Shown here one piece after another: positions 20,609 through 30,135 of a stretch of DNA of 64,000 bases. How positions within the stretch are numbered: position 1 is the first letter of the stretch; every line of letters begins with the position of its first letter. A program made the translations under genes and the position numbers. The stretch is taken from assembly GCA_963729625.1 (NCBI GenBank), contig CAVSOU010000010.1:1152001-1216000 (forward strand). The letters are read 5' to 3'. This DNA is from an uncultured bacterium. GTDB lineage: Bacteria > Chloroflexota > UBA5177 > JANWHV01. The notes beneath the pieces were generated by a model. It worked only from the letters and a program-made list of their open reading frames with translations. It was not told the DNA's origin and did no database searches.

Positions 20609-21625
20609 TTACAACTCGATCGTCCTTCGCTGGCCGGTAGCGGCCGAGCCGATGGCGGCGAACACCATGGCCAGGCTCTTGATATTGTCGTGGCACTCGC
20701 CCATGGGCGTCTCGCCGGTCTCGAGTGCGTGCAAGAATTCGCGCAACGATCCGGCTATACCGGGCGCGACTGTCCGATCGGCCGCACCTTCTATACTGCT
20801 CGTGCGCGACATGAACCCATCGGCCGACGTCACCACGTCTGCCTCAACGCGGTCGATGCCGTCCCACGTCGCCGTCCCGTGAGTCCCGGTGGCGCGCCAC
20901 TCGCCTTCCCACGAGGTCGGATGCCCTTCGCTGCACCAACTCCCCCGATAGGTATAGCGCAGGCCGCCCGTCATCTCGAACATGGCGGTGGCACATGCGT
21001 TGCCACGATACCAGCTCCACGGCGGATTGAACTCCTCGCAGTACACTGACACCGGATCGGCGCCTGAGAGATAGCGCGCCGCGTCAAAGGTATGGATCGC
21101 CATATCCAGCAAGAGCGGGCTGGCCATCTGGTCCCGGAATCCACCGAAGTGCGGGCCCAGGTAGAAGTCGGAATTGATGATGCCGAGCGGTCCAACGTGG
21201 TCGACGATCAGGCGGCGGAGGGCCTGAATGCCCGCGTGGTACCGACGGCTCTGGCTGACCATGTACAGAACACCGGCACGCTCCGCGGCGTCGACCATGG
21301 CCCGTGCCCGCTCCATGGTGTCGGCCATCGGCTTCTCTCCGAGCACCGGCAGCCGGTGGCGCAGCGCCATGAGCGTGACCTCATGGTGCGCCTCCGGCAC
21401 GGTCACATCGACGACAAAATCCGGCCGCGCTGCGGCTATGGCTTCCTTCAGATCCACGCCAACAAAGACGTCGGTAAGCGCCAGCTCCGCCACCGCCTCG
21501 GCCGCCGCGCCGGCGCGCAGGTCAACCCAACCGGCAATCGTCAGGTCGTCGCAAGCGGAGAGGTTCCGGCCCCACGACCGGCCCATGCCGCCCGCACCGA
21601 CCAGCAGGGCCTTGCGCCGTTGCAT
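20609..21625 (-). CDS. Gfo/Idh/MocA family oxidoreductase
   Basis: GAGGMG, EKPMA, DMAIHTFD. Confidence 0.92.
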   Translation of the reverse strand: MQRRKALLVGAGGMGRSWGRNLSACDDLTIAGWVDLRAGAAAEAVAELALTDVFVGVDLKEAIAAARPDFVVDVTVPEAHHEVTLMALRHRLPVLGEKPMADTMERARAMVDAAERAGVLYMVSQSRRYHAGIQALRRLIVDHVGPLGIINSDFYLGPHFGGFRDQMASPLLLDMAIHTFDAARYLSGADPVSVYCEEFNPPWSWYRGNACATAMFEMTGGLRYTYRGSWCSEGHPTSWEGEWRATGTHGTATWDGIDRVEADVVTSADGFMSRTSSIEGAADRTVAPGIAGSLREFLHALETGETPMGECHDNIKSLAMVFAAIGSAATGQRRTIEL

Positions 21626-21649
21626 TCTCCGCTCTCCCGGCCCTGAGAT

Positions 21650-22399
21650 CTATTCTGCCGCCAGCGGGCGATACCAGATGTTGCGATAGCGCACCGGGTC
21701 GCGGTGGTCCTGGAGCCGAAGCGGCGCCGTTTGCGCATGTGGCGTGTAGGGTAACACGGAGCGGTGCGACGTGGGGCCGGTCAGCGCCTGGTGGTTCTGT
21801 ACCAACACGCCATTGTGCAGGACGGTCACGTAGGCAGGCGAGAGCAGCCGCTCGCCCGCGAACCGCGGTCCAGTCCAGATGATGTCGTAAGTTTGCCATT
21901 CGCCCGGCTTTCGGCAGGCGTTAACCAGTGGCGGATACTCGCCGTAAATTGCTGCCGTGGTGCCGTCGGCGTAGGTTGGGTTGTCGTAGCAGTCAAGCAC
22001 CTGGATCTCGTACAGGCTCATGAGGAAGACGCCGCTGTTGCCACGACCCTGGCTGGCGCCTTCGACCAGCATGGGCGCCGCCCACTCGACGTGCAGCTGG
22101 CAGTCTCCGAAGTGCTCGCGCGACTCGATATCTCCCGTGCCCGGTACGACTGCGATGTAGCCGTCGTCCACCTTCCACCGTGCCTCCCCGCCGTCCAGCC
22201 CTACCCAGCCAGAGAGATCCACGCCAGAGAACAGCGTCTTCGCATCCGAGGGCGGCCGGCCGGGCATGTGCTGTGTGCTCTCCGTGCCGGAAGCTATCAC
22301 CCGTGGCTGCGGACGTCTGCTGTCGTGCACCTTGTACTGCGAGCCAGGGATCAGCGGCGTGTCGTCATAGCCAAGCGGGGCCTGCGGTTCAACTGTCAT
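21650..22399 (-). CDS. DUF1080 (3-keto-disaccharide hydrolase-like) protein
   Basis: GNSGVF, YEIQVLD, GEWQTYDI, LQDH..VRYRNIW. Confidence 0.9.
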   Translation of the reverse strand: MTVEPQAPLGYDDTPLIPGSQYKVHDSRRPQPRVIASGTESTQHMPGRPPSDAKTLFSGVDLSGWVGLDGGEARWKVDDGYIAVVPGTGDIESREHFGDCQLHVEWAAPMLVEGASQGRGNSGVFLMSLYEIQVLDCYDNPTYADGTTAAIYGEYPPLVNACRKPGEWQTYDIIWTGPRFAGERLLSPAYVTVLHNGVLVQNHQALTGPTSHRSVLPYTPHAQTAPLRLQDHRDPVRYRNIWYRPLAAE

Positions 22400-22454
22400 G
22401 TGCGTCCGCCTCGTCGTCCTAAACGGTTCCAGACTGGAACGCCTCTCAATCTGG

Positions 22455-23810
22455 TCATATTGCTTGTTCCTTGGCTAACCTGATCATGGCAGCCAGGCTC
22501 CTGTCCACGTCCTCCTCGGTTGTGGCAGCAGAGGATACGCTGATTCGCATCGCGGTGTGCCCCTGCCAAACCGTGCCGCCGCACCAACAGGTTCCGTCGT
22601 CCTGCAACGCCGCAATCACCCGGCGCGTCGCTTCCGGGCCCCCGAACGACACAAGCACTTGGTTCAGCACCACGTCGTTGAGCACGTGATAGCCCGCCGC
22701 GTGCAGGCCCTCGGCGAAGCGCGTCGCATACCGGCAGGTCCGCTCGACCAGGTCGGCTACGCCGGACCGGCCGAGTTCGCGCAGCGCCGCCCAGAGCTCG
22801 ATACCTCTGGCCCTGCGCGACATCTCGGGTACGAAGTGCCACGGCTCGCGCCGCCCAGCGTCCACGAGGTAGGCAGCCACGCTCGTCGACATCGCAGCGC
22901 GCAGGTGCGCCGGTTCTCGTACAAACGCGAGCCCGCAGTCGTACGGCGTGTTCAGCCATTTGTGCGCGTCAGTACTCCACGAGTCAGCGGAAGCCAAGCC
23001 TCTCGCCAGGTGGGCGCGCGCGGGCGCCGCTGCCGCCCACAGACCGAAGGCGCCATCAACGTGGAGCCAAGCGTCGGCGTCGCGGACACTGGCCCCGATC
23101 TCTTCGATGGGATCGAACGCGCCGGAGTTCACATTGCCGGCCTGAACGCAGACAATGGTCGGGCCTGCCAACGGCGGCAGGGCGTCCGCGATCATGCGCC
23201 CTTGGCCGTCGACGGGCACGCGTGTGAGCCGGTCCCGCCCAAATCCCAGCAGTGTCAGGGCCTTCAGCACGCTGACATGCACTTCATCGCCCACGATCAC
23301 GGTGATCGGCGGCGCGCCGAACAGCCCGTTCGACTCCACATCCCAGCCCAACCTTGCCAGCACGGCATGGCGCGCCGCCGCCAGGCCAGAGAAATTGGCC
23401 ATGGTCGCGCCGCTCACCACGCCGCACCCGCAGCCGCCGGGCAGGCCGAGCAGGTCGACCAACCAGCTCGTTACGATGTCCTCCAGTCGCGCGGCGACCG
23501 GCGAGGACGCGATCATGCCGGCATTCTGGTCCCAGGCCCCTGCTAGCCAGTTGGCCGCCAATGCGCCTGGAAGTGAGCCACCGATCACGAAGCCGAAGTA
23601 GCGCCCGCCGTCAGTGGCAACCGTCGCCGGCGTGCCCAGGTCGTCGAGCAACGCCAGGACTTCGGATGGGTCCGTAGGGGTGTCGGGCAGCGGACCAACC
23701 AGGGCGTCGAGCGCGGCGACCGCGTCCGCGGTGGGGGCTACACGGCGCTCGGCGAGCGAGCGTCGATAGGCGATTGCACGCTCCGCGGCATCGCGGAGGA
23801 GCTTGTCCAT
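22455..23810 (-). CDS. PLP-dependent decarboxylase, group II (AADC/GAD-like)
   Basis: HVDGAFG, DAHKWL (PLP Lys), SRRARG. Confidence 0.9.
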   Translation of the reverse strand: MDKLLRDAAERAIAYRRSLAERRVAPTADAVAALDALVGPLPDTPTDPSEVLALLDDLGTPATVATDGGRYFGFVIGGSLPGALAANWLAGAWDQNAGMIASSPVAARLEDIVTSWLVDLLGLPGGCGCGVVSGATMANFSGLAAARHAVLARLGWDVESNGLFGAPPITVIVGDEVHVSVLKALTLLGFGRDRLTRVPVDGQGRMIADALPPLAGPTIVCVQAGNVNSGAFDPIEEIGASVRDADAWLHVDGAFGLWAAAAPARAHLARGLASADSWSTDAHKWLNTPYDCGLAFVREPAHLRAAMSTSVAAYLVDAGRREPWHFVPEMSRRARGIELWAALRELGRSGVADLVERTCRYATRFAEGLHAAGYHVLNDVVLNQVLVSFGGPEATRRVIAALQDDGTCWCGGTVWQGHTAMRISVSSAATTEEDVDRSLAAMIRLAKEQAI

Positions 23811-23826
23811 GGTCTACCTCCAGAGC

Positions 23827-25092
23827 TCACGCTACAGGGAGTACCCTGTGCTGCTTACGGTATTCGTGCGGCGACACGCTGTGCGCGCGTTTGAAGATCG
23901 TATAGAAGTGGTTCAGGCTACCGAAGCCCACGCCGTAGGCAATGCCCTCGACGGTGCGATCGGTGGTCGCGAGTAGCTGTGTAGCAGCCTGCAATCGCAT
24001 GTCGCTTATCAGGTCGGTAAATCGCCTGCCGAACACCTGTGTGAAAAGGTGTGAGAAGTAGTGTGGGTCCAGCCCGATGAGCTTGGCTGCCTCGCGCGCG
24101 CTCAGGTCCCCTCGGTAATTGTCCTCCACGTACCGCACCACCGATGCCCATCGCTCCGCCGTGACGGTGACGTGGGCGGACGACTGGCGGATTACCAGAG
24201 TCGGGGCTACCAGCACGCGGCGCGCTGGCGCGTCGGAATCGCCATGTATCCGCTGGATAAGCATTTCCACCGCTACATGGCCCAGATGCCGGAGATCTGT
24301 ACGCACGGTTGTCAGTGGGACACCTGTGAGGCTGTGAACCGGCTCATCGTCGAAGCCGACGATGGCGAGATCATCGGGGACGCATAGCCCCAACTCCCGA
24401 GCGCATTCAACGACCTCGCTCGCCAGCCAGTCCGCGCAGACGAACAGTGCGCGTGGCAGGTGCGGCTGGCTGAGATAGCGCAAGATCTCGGGTATTCTCA
24501 TGGCGCGATTGGGCTCGGTCAGCCCGTATTGCAGCTCGAGCGACCATTCAGCGACCGGGGCAAGATTGATTTCTCGCAGAGCGTCGACGTAACCACGGCG
24601 GCGTTCGTACACGCACTCCATCCCGGTCCGCAGTGTGACGTGTCCTATCTGTCGATGCCCAAGGTTAATCAGGTGTCGCATGCCGAGCAAGGCACCCGCA
24701 TAGTCGTCGATGCCAACAAAGTCGAGGCCCGAGATCGGCTTCTGGTCGAGGACCTGAACGCAGGGTGCGCTGCGCACCAGCTGCTCATAAAGCTGCAGAT
24801 TTTCGGGAGCGTGGTCCCAGAGGAAGACAACTCCGGCTACATCGGCTTGCTGAATCGACTGCAGGAGTGACTGCTCGCGCGCTACCGACCGGTGAAAATC
24901 CAGGCTGACAAGGCGGAACCCGCGCGTCGCGGCGGCGGCACTCGCGCTTATGGCAAATTCCGCTGCCTGCCAGTGGACGAGATCCTGTGCCACCAGTGCG
25001 ATAGACTTCTCACGATAGCGTCGCAGGACAGAAACCAGGCCAGCCGGTGCAGCAACTATGTGATGAGGGTCGGGCAAAGCTAGTGGCGTCAA
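23827..25092 (-). CDS. Transcriptional regulator with LacI-type sugar-binding domain and C-terminal AraC HTH (XylR-like architecture)
   Basis: VPDDLAIVGFDD and LTTV in the ligand domain. C-terminal YFSHLF...IAYGVGFGSLNHFYTIFKR..SPHEYR. Confidence 0.88.
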   Translation of the reverse strand: MTPLALPDPHHIVAAPAGLVSVLRRYREKSIALVAQDLVHWQAAEFAISASAAAATRGFRLVSLDFHRSVAREQSLLQSIQQADVAGVVFLWDHAPENLQLYEQLVRSAPCVQVLDQKPISGLDFVGIDDYAGALLGMRHLINLGHRQIGHVTLRTGMECVYERRRGYVDALREINLAPVAEWSLELQYGLTEPNRAMRIPEILRYLSQPHLPRALFVCADWLASEVVECARELGLCVPDDLAIVGFDDEPVHSLTGVPLTTVRTDLRHLGHVAVEMLIQRIHGDSDAPARRVLVAPTLVIRQSSAHVTVTAERWASVVRYVEDNYRGDLSAREAAKLIGLDPHYFSHLFTQVFGRRFTDLISDMRLQAATQLLATTDRTVEGIAYGVGFGSLNHFYTIFKRAHSVSPHEYRKQHRVLPVA

Positions 25093-25204
25093 TCAGCCAA
25101 CCTCCATCGACTGTCACCACCTGGGGCTGCGAGCCCATGGAATATCTGCCAGCCCGATCCCGTCCTTATGTCACGTAGGTAGACTGCCAATATTCGCCTC
25201 GTGA

Positions 25205-25217
25205 CATATCATATATC
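25205..25217. promoter_or_regulatory. Operator-like ATATC-W-KATAT site (copy 1)
   Basis: CATATCATATATC; resembles the sites at 33630, 36809 and 40137. Confidence 0.45.
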
Positions 25218-25241
25218 ATATTTCCGCGCCACCAGGCTCCT

Positions 25242-25270
25242 ATGTTAAGGCACGCCCGCGCCCGTGTCAA
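25242..25270 (-). promoter_or_regulatory. Sigma70-type promoter for the LacI/AraC regulator
   Basis: TTGACA-17 nt-TAACAT on the minus strand. Confidence 0.6.
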
Positions 25271-25770
25271 GGCGCTCCCTATCGCCCTATCGCCGCGTGT
25301 CCGTCAGATTTCCGGTGGATCCGTCGGTGGGGACGGACGCTCGCCCTTGAGACCCCGGGATTGATTCCGGGAAGAATCACGGCTCGCCCGGTGTGGGCTT
25401 CGGTCCGGAGCTTGGCGATGCTGTGATGCTCCCCGCGTTGAAACGCGGGGCATCATAGCGTCCCGCCCCGCACGTGCTGCATGTGGGTTTCGTCGTGGTC
25501 TCTGTTTAGGGTGCCGGGCAGATATCTTGACCTCTGCCACACTGGGGCGACCCTCCGAGCCACGTGATGTCCGGGGATTCCTCCTAGGGGAGACTCGTGG
25601 CTAAGGCTGCGCCTGTGCGGAGTTCAGCCCGCGTTCCGCCAGGCCAGGTTATCACGCCTATGCAGTGTCCTGCACATCAGAGACCGCGGCGCCCCATTGG
25701 GGTGGCGAGACATCGGAGCCTGTTGCCGGGCCTGGCGACGCGGCCAGGCTCAGGCGACGAGAAGCTCGTG
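25265..25770 (+). ncRNA. Candidate large structured RNA, family not recognised
   Basis: 20-bp hairpin at 25417-25462, 14-bp long-range helix 25491-25504/25678-25691, cUUCGg loop, many nested stems. Non-Watson-Crick positions read as G-U on the plus strand. No credible ORF. Confidence 0.5.
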
Positions 25771-25806
25771 CAGCATTCTCATCACAACAGTCCGTGGCGT
25801 CACGCG

Positions 25807-26665
25807 CTACGCGCCTATCGCCGAGGCCACCCGCGCTGTCGCGCGCGCGGTGGACTGCAGGATCCGCTCCTCGCTCCCCTCGGACTTGTCGAACTCGTCC
25901 ACGATCGTGCCGTGGCTCAACACCAGGCAGCGATCACAGATGCCGACAAGCTCGGGTAGCTCCGAGGAGACCACCACTATGGCCACGCCCTGATCGGCCA
26001 GGTCGTGGATCAAGCGGTAGATCTCGCGTTTGGTGCCGACATCCACGCCCTTGGTCGGCTCGTCCATGAGCAGAATGGCAGGCGTGCGCACGAGCACGCG
26101 GGCGAGAAGCGCCTTCTGCTGGTTGCCACCGCTGAGATGCGCGACATCGGACCGTATGGACGGCGCCTTTATCGCCAGCGTCTGCATGCTCTTCCGGGCA
26201 ACCAGATTCTCTTCCCGGCGATCGATGACACTGTATCGGGCGAACAGCGGCAGGCTACCCATGGTGATGTTCGGACCAAGTAACAAGTTGAACAACAGGC
26301 CGGCGTTCTTCCGGTCCTCCGTCAGCATGGCGATGCCGGCCTTGAGCGCGTCTGCCGGACGCCGGATCGCGACTTCTTGCCCATGCACCCGGACACGCCC
26401 TTCATGCGGAATTCGGCCGAAGATCGCGCTCAGTACCTCGGTCCGACCCGCCCCAACCAACCCAGCGAGGCCAACAACTTCGCCGCGACGCAGGCTGAAG
26501 CTTGCGTCTGAAATGATGTCCGTGCCGCCGCCGGCACGAGGCACGCGCAGGTGTTCCACGCGCAGAACTTCATCGGTGCCGATCTCGCCTTTGCGCTCCG
26601 GATACATCGTGTCGATACGGCGTCCAACCATTGCCGCAACAATAGCGTTTTCGTCGAAGTCGGCA
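25807..26665 (-). pseudogene. C-terminal half of a sugar ABC transporter ATP-binding protein (RbsA/XylG-like), N-terminus missing
   Basis: AMVGR, GLVGAGRTE, EDRK, LSGGNQQK, DEPTKGVD, SSELPE. The first NBD with Walker A is absent. Confidence 0.82.
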
Positions 26666-27494
26666 CACCGAACAGGCTCACGCCGCCCACGACCACACCC
26701 GCGATGCAGTTCAGCTCCCAGCCCACGCCAATAGAGGTTGTGGCGCTCGCCAGGCTCGCCATCACCAGCATGCCGGCTACCGCCGAGAGGACGCCGGTGT
26801 TGACGAAGCAGATCAGTTTGTATCGGTTCGTATTGATGCCGACGAGGCGTGCTACTTCCTTGTTGCCACCTGTCGCGTAGAGATTCCGTCCGATGGTGGT
26901 ACGCCGCAGCATCAGGTCGCCACCGACAAGCAGAACGAGCAGAATGAAGAACGACCAGCCGATCCCCCACACGAAGGAAGCCGCGCCGAAGTTTCCCACC
27001 GAATCTGGAATCGGATAGATTGGGTAGCCGTTTGTGACCACTTGCGTCAGACCCGCGGCCACGAACAGCATGCCGAGCGTGGCGATGAAAGCGGGGATGC
27101 CGAAGCGTACGACAACCGTACCGTTGACAAAGCCCAGTGCCGCTCCGGTAGCAACCCCTCCCAACAAGGCCAGAGGTACCGGCACATGGCCGCTGGTCAT
27201 CAACCACCCAGACACCACGGCGCAGAGACCGGAAACCGAGCCTACCGACAGGTCGAACTCACCGGCGACGAGGAGAATCGTCTGGCCAACGCCGATGATC
27301 CCTATATATGAGACGGCGATGAGCATCGCGCGAATATTCATCTCCGACAAGAAGCCCTGATTCAGGATGTCGAAGACGGCGATCAACAGCACGAGCGCGA
27401 GAACCACGCCTGCTTCGCCGCCGGCCAGCAATGCCAGAGCGGCCGGGCCAAGGCGCCGGCCATCTTTGCGGCCGGCCAATGAACCTATTTGCAC
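26666..27494 (-). pseudogene. Sugar ABC transporter permease (RbsC-like), 3' truncated
   Basis: GEFDLSVGS, IPAFIATLG, GGNKEVARLVGI, IAGVVVGGVSLFG, then an abrupt switch to ATPase sequence. Confidence 0.82.
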
Positions 27495-27674
27495 TATCAA
27501 CTCCCGCTGTTCAGCACGTACGAGCGGCACCGCGCCCGACACCGATTACCTGGGTCCGGTCCAACTCGGGAGGTCGGTTCACCACCATGCGCTGCGCACA
27601 GATCGGACCACTCATCAACCTTGCACACCTATGTTTGGCTAGAAGCACACTAACACCCGGACCCGCGGTGAGCA

Positions 27675-27689
27675 ATGCGGAAAAGTTTG
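27675..27689 (-). promoter_or_regulatory. Activator site (copy 1) upstream of the ABC permease
   Basis: CAAACTTTTCCGCAT, followed after 22 nt by TAGTGT. Confidence 0.6.
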
Positions 27690-27773
27690 GGGCTTCTCCT
27701 CATCGGGTAGTGTGTCGGCCCATCGTGCCGGGTGTGGCTCACGTCGATTGCGACTGCTTGCATGGCAGCACAC

Positions 27774-28571
27774 CTAGCTCATGCCTTCGATTGACTTGTC
27801 GTGCAGCTGCAGCGGCAGCGTCAATCCACCGTCCACGAATATGACCTGACCGGTGATGTACGTCGCGCGATCTGAGGCAAGAAACAGCGCCAGGTTTGCA
27901 ATATCCTCCGGAGTGCCGACACGGCCGAGAGGAATCTGCTTGCCGAGCTCACGCGGGTCGTAGAGCTGTGCCTCTTTGTGGCGTTCGACGTAGGTCGCTC
28001 CGGGAGCGATCGCGTTTACACGGATCTGGTAGCGAGCCAGCTCGAACGCCAGCGATCGCGTCAAGTTGTTGATGGCTCCTTTGCTTGATGCATAGTGCAT
28101 ATGCCCCGGATAGATATGGTTGCTATGGACTGAGCTCATCAAGACTATGCTGCCGCCTGAGTGGCTCGACCGCAAGTACGACGCCACTCGGCGAGCACAA
28201 AAAAACATGCCCTTGAGGTTTATGTCGAGCGTCTTGTCCCACTGTTCTTCCGTAAGCTCGAACAGCGGATGCGGATCGGTAATTCCAGAGTTGTAGACCA
28301 GGCTGCTGATCGGGCCAAGTGTGTGGACCGCGGCATCGACGAACGCCTCTATGTCCGGAACGCTGCGGCTATCCACCTGTCGCAGCAGGCAACGGCGTCC
28401 CACTGCTTCGGCCTGCACGGCGATTGCGCGCGCCCCCGCTTCGCTGGTGTGATAGCCGAGTGCAAGGTCTATCCCGGCCTCGAGAAACGCCCGAGCGACC
28501 CCTGCACCGATGCCTGTTCCCGCCCCCATCACGAGGGCAGCTCCGTCAGGTGTAGTCAAAGTATTCAGCAC
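27774..28571 (-). CDS. SDR oxidoreductase, paralog of 1226..1999
   Basis: GAGTGIG, YNSG, YASSK. Confidence 0.92.
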   Translation of the reverse strand: MLNTLTTPDGAALVMGAGTGIGAGVARAFLEAGIDLALGYHTSEAGARAIAVQAEAVGRRCLLRQVDSRSVPDIEAFVDAAVHTLGPISSLVYNSGITDPHPLFELTEEQWDKTLDINLKGMFFCARRVASYLRSSHSGGSIVLMSSVHSNHIYPGHMHYASSKGAINNLTRSLAFELARYQIRVNAIAPGATYVERHKEAQLYDPRELGKQIPLGRVGTPEDIANLALFLASDRATYITGQVIFVDGGLTLPLQLHDKSIEGMS

Positions 28572-28721
28572 CTTTCTACCTACCTTCGGTCCCCCTTGGG
28601 CTTGGTCTTATCATACGCAGCGATGCCCGGGGAGTCTGGATCGCCTGAAGCTCGGCAACTGTGTTTAGGTCGGAACTCGATTGCGCTGCGACGAGCCTAC
28701 ACTTCTCGGAGGTCCGTGCCA

Positions 28722-28736
28722 ATGCGGAAAGGTTTG
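28722..28736 (-). promoter_or_regulatory. Activator site (copy 2) upstream of the SDR
   Basis: CAAACCTTTCCGCAT, followed after 22 nt by TAGGCT. Confidence 0.6.
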
Positions 28737-28795
28737 CAATTCCTCCTTTCCGGGTGGACCAGGCATCAGCTGGACACACCACGCAGGAAGTCTCC

Positions 28796-28810
28796 CGCAC
28801 TTTTGCGCAT
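28796..28810 (+). promoter_or_regulatory. Activator site (copy 3) upstream of the URO-D-like operon
   Basis: CGCACTTTTGCGCAT, followed after 22 nt by TATGCT. Confidence 0.6.
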
Positions 28811-28897
28811 ACCGGCGCGTTGACGCTGGTGATATGCTGCTCGCGATCTGTGAACAGCAGCGCACGGCAAGTGTTCGCAACCCAAAGGAGGCCACTG

Positions 28898-30127
28898 ATG
28901 GATTCACGAAGCCGTGTAGTAACGGCGCTCAACCACCAAGAACCCGACAGGGTTCCGATCGACCTGGCCGGGCATCGGTCGTCTGGAATCGCCGCCATCG
29001 CCTATGCAAAGCTTCGCGAGTACCTCGGCCTGCCAAAGAAAGCAATCCGCGTATTCGACATTATTCAGCAGCTGGCCGTGATCGACGACGATGTCCGTGA
29101 GCGTTTCGGCGTCGACACTATCGAGCTTGGCCGGGGCTTTGCGCTGGACCGGGACCATTGGGTCGATTGGGTGTTGCCGGATGGCACTCCCTGCCAGGTG
29201 TTGGCGTGGGCCCTGCCCGAGCGCGCACAAGACCGATGGATCTTGCGTTCGCGGACCGGGAGGCCTATCGGAGAGATGCCGGAGGGGTCACTGTACTTCG
29301 AGGCCTCGTACTATCCCTTTGCGTCCGGCGAGCCTGACTTCGAATCACTGGAAGCCGTCATGCCGGAATGCATGTGGGCGTTGCCCACTCCGCCCGGACC
29401 TGAGGTCGAGGGTCCAGGGGGCGACGAGCGACTTGCGGCAGGCGCTCGCCGGTTGCGCTTGAGCTCGAATCGGGCGCTAATTGGTCTGTTCCGAGGCAAT
29501 CTCATGGAGTGGGGTTGGCGTCTGTACCGGATCGACAATTTCCTCATGTTGTTGGCCACCGAACCTGCCAAAGTGCATGACCTCCTCGAGCGGCTCACCG
29601 AGCTGCATATGGCTGCGCTCGACCAATACCTCAAGGTGGTCGGACCATACATAGACGTGATAGCGTTTGGCGACGACCTTGGCATGCAGACGGGTCCCCA
29701 GATTTCGCCGCGCATGTATCGGGAGTTCTTCAAGCCCCGGCATGCACGACTGTGGAAGCGTGTTAAGGAGCTGGCAGACGTCAAAGTCATGCTGCACTGC
29801 TGTGGCGGCATTAGGCCCCTCCTGCCAGATCTCATCGACGCAGGACTTGACGCCGTTAATCCCGTCCAGATTAGCTGCCACGGGATGGACGCGGCTGGAC
29901 TGAAGAGGGACTTCGGACGCGACCTCTCGTTATGGGGTGGCGGCTGTGATACGCAGTGGCTGCTCGCGCACGGCACGCCGTCAGAGATTCGAGATCACGT
30001 CAGGAGACAGGTCGACATCCTGCAGCCGGGCGGGGGATTCGTCTTCCAGCAGGTGCACAACATCCAGGCAGATGTGCCGCCGCAGAACATCGTCGCGATG
30101 CTCGACGCCGCGCGCGGCATCGCCTAG
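28898..30127 (+). CDS. Uroporphyrinogen decarboxylase-fold protein
   Basis: PDRVPIDL, GDDLGMQ, HCCG, WGGGCDTQ, QVHNIQADVPPQNI. AAGGAGG RBS. Confidence 0.87.
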   Translation: MDSRSRVVTALNHQEPDRVPIDLAGHRSSGIAAIAYAKLREYLGLPKKAIRVFDIIQQLAVIDDDVRERFGVDTIELGRGFALDRDHWVDWVLPDGTPCQVLAWALPERAQDRWILRSRTGRPIGEMPEGSLYFEASYYPFASGEPDFESLEAVMPECMWALPTPPGPEVEGPGGDERLAAGARRLRLSSNRALIGLFRGNLMEWGWRLYRIDNFLMLLATEPAKVHDLLERLTELHMAALDQYLKVVGPYIDVIAFGDDLGMQTGPQISPRMYREFFKPRHARLWKRVKELADVKVMLHCCGGIRPLLPDLIDAGLDAVNPVQISCHGMDAAGLKRDFGRDLSLWGGGCDTQWLLAHGTPSEIRDHVRRQVDILQPGGGFVFQQVHNIQADVPPQNIVAMLDAARGIA

Positions 30128-30135
30128 GTGGAAGA

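Noticed and set aside
25570-25590. GGAGGAATCCCC (minus) resembling the RNase P GAGGAAAGUCC motif
   Set aside because: The match is imperfect, and I found no 3' P4 partner or other RNase P conserved regions.
25550-25603. Minus-strand AGCCACG...CACGTGGCTCGGAGGG, loosely like group II intron domain V
   Set aside because: The stem length and loop do not fit D5, there is no RT ORF or clear D6, and the G-U polarity of the region favours the plus strand.
25304-25959. ORFs 25304..25540 (-) and 25597..25959 (+)
   Set aside because: Low-complexity Arg/Pro-rich translations with no motifs; the second overlaps the ABC ATPase antisense.
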